A DNA stretch of 64,000 nt, from the NCBI GenBank assembly GCA_963751455.1, contig CAVVUN010000015.1, positions 1,536,001 through 1,600,000 of the forward strand, in the 5' to 3' direction. This stretch comes from Nitrospirota bacterium. GTDB lineage: Bacteria; Nitrospirota; UBA9217. This document shows positions 63,052-64,000 of this stretch, piece by piece; position 1 is the stretch's first letter, and each line of letters begins with the position of its first letter. The notes under the pieces were generated by a model, which ran no database searches, was not told the DNA's origin, and saw nothing but the letters and a program-made list of their open reading frames with translations. The translations under genes and the position numbers were made by a program.

Positions 63052-64000
63052 GCATCAGCAGGAAGTTCGCGCTCTGGATCGTGTCAGTGCTTCTGGTTGC
63101 TGCCGCGGTGAGCATTTACCTTTTCTACGTGGTTGAAATGCGGGCTGAGGCGAAGAAACTGGAATTATTCGGAAAATTGTCCGGCCGGGTCATCGAGGAA
63201 AGCCTGATGACGTTCATGCTGAACCGGGACAATGCAGGGCTCAATCGAAAACTGGACGAAGTTAAAGCGGCCAGCGATACCGTCAGCCGGATATTATTGC
63301 TCGACACGTCGGGTGAGGTCAGGGCCTCTTCAGAGAAGGGGCTGATCGGGAAGAAATTTTCAACCAGGGATCCCGGGTGCCGGGAGTGCCATGAAAAAGG
63401 GCACAAGGGCATTCTCATGAACGGCAACAGCTCCTATCGCTGGGCTGCACCGGTCCTCAATAAGCCCGTGTGTCACGGCTGCCATGATTCCCGGACCCTA
63501 AACAACGGCCTGCTCATCATCGATTTTTCCGTCAGCGAATTTGTCGTACCACGTCAGGCAGGAACTCTTCGCCGGTTCTGCCTTCATCGTCACGGCCCTG
63601 TTCATTATCGGCTGGATGATGGTTTTTTTATCGGAGACACTCGTCAGCCGCAGGTTGAACGGCATGGTAGTCAGAATGAAGGACTTCCAGGACGGTGATA
63701 TTGCGGCACGGGCGCCGGTGGAAGGAAACGACGAGATTACGAGACTCGAAACCGGCTTCAACGAGCTTGCGCAGGCTGTCACGACACGGGAGTGGGAAAA
63801 AAACCGGCTGGTTGAAGAGGTCAACGCAACAAACGAACAGCTGCAGCGCGAAATTGCCGAGAGGGAGCGCTGGGAGCGCACGCTGCACGAGCAACTCCAG
63901 TTTCTCCAGCGCATGATCGATACTATCCCCATGCCAATTTTTTACAAGGACCTTGCCGGGGCCTACCTGGGCTGCAATAAGGCGTTCGAGCTTTTTCTCG
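63048..64000 (+). CDS. Sensor protein (probable histidine kinase) with periplasmic diheme domain, HAMP and PAS; frameshift near 63545; truncated by the window end
   Basis: TM, CRECH and CHGCH, then in another frame TM-HAMP (DEITRLETGFN) and PAS (DTIPMPIFYKD..YLGCN). Confidence 0.82.

Overview
Chromosomal window from a bacterium, probably an anaerobic Nitrospirota/Desulfobacterota-type lineage (inferred from gene content: MetVF-MvhD, split glutamate synthase, NrpR, many PAS kinases, MqnP-like prenyltransferase). It opens with an IS1380-family transposase, missed by the ORF track, inserted into a large gene. Next come accessory genes (stand-alone MshEN, SDR, VOC, hybrid kinase, beta-propeller lipoproteins). 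A 13-kb nitrogen/C1 locus follows: KaiC-like/XRE/cupin regulator, FMN glutamate-synthase-family protein, NrpR, mvhD-metV-metF, a fused double-FMN GltB-like protein and a GATase-GXGXG protein. Its intergenic regions share a GGCA-N6-TGCC palindrome. Further on are a sigma70 factor, a 58-bp hairpin tandem array behind a phosphotransferase/APS-kinase pair, a duplicated PAS-kinase + PhnD-like + NarL signalling block, an uncharacterised pair of paralogous exported Gly/Ala-rich proteins, lipid genes and an NtrC/diheme-sensor pair. Many genes (mainly 38-47 kb) carry single-base frameshifts that look like assembly errors. No rRNA, tRNA or CRISPR array was seen.
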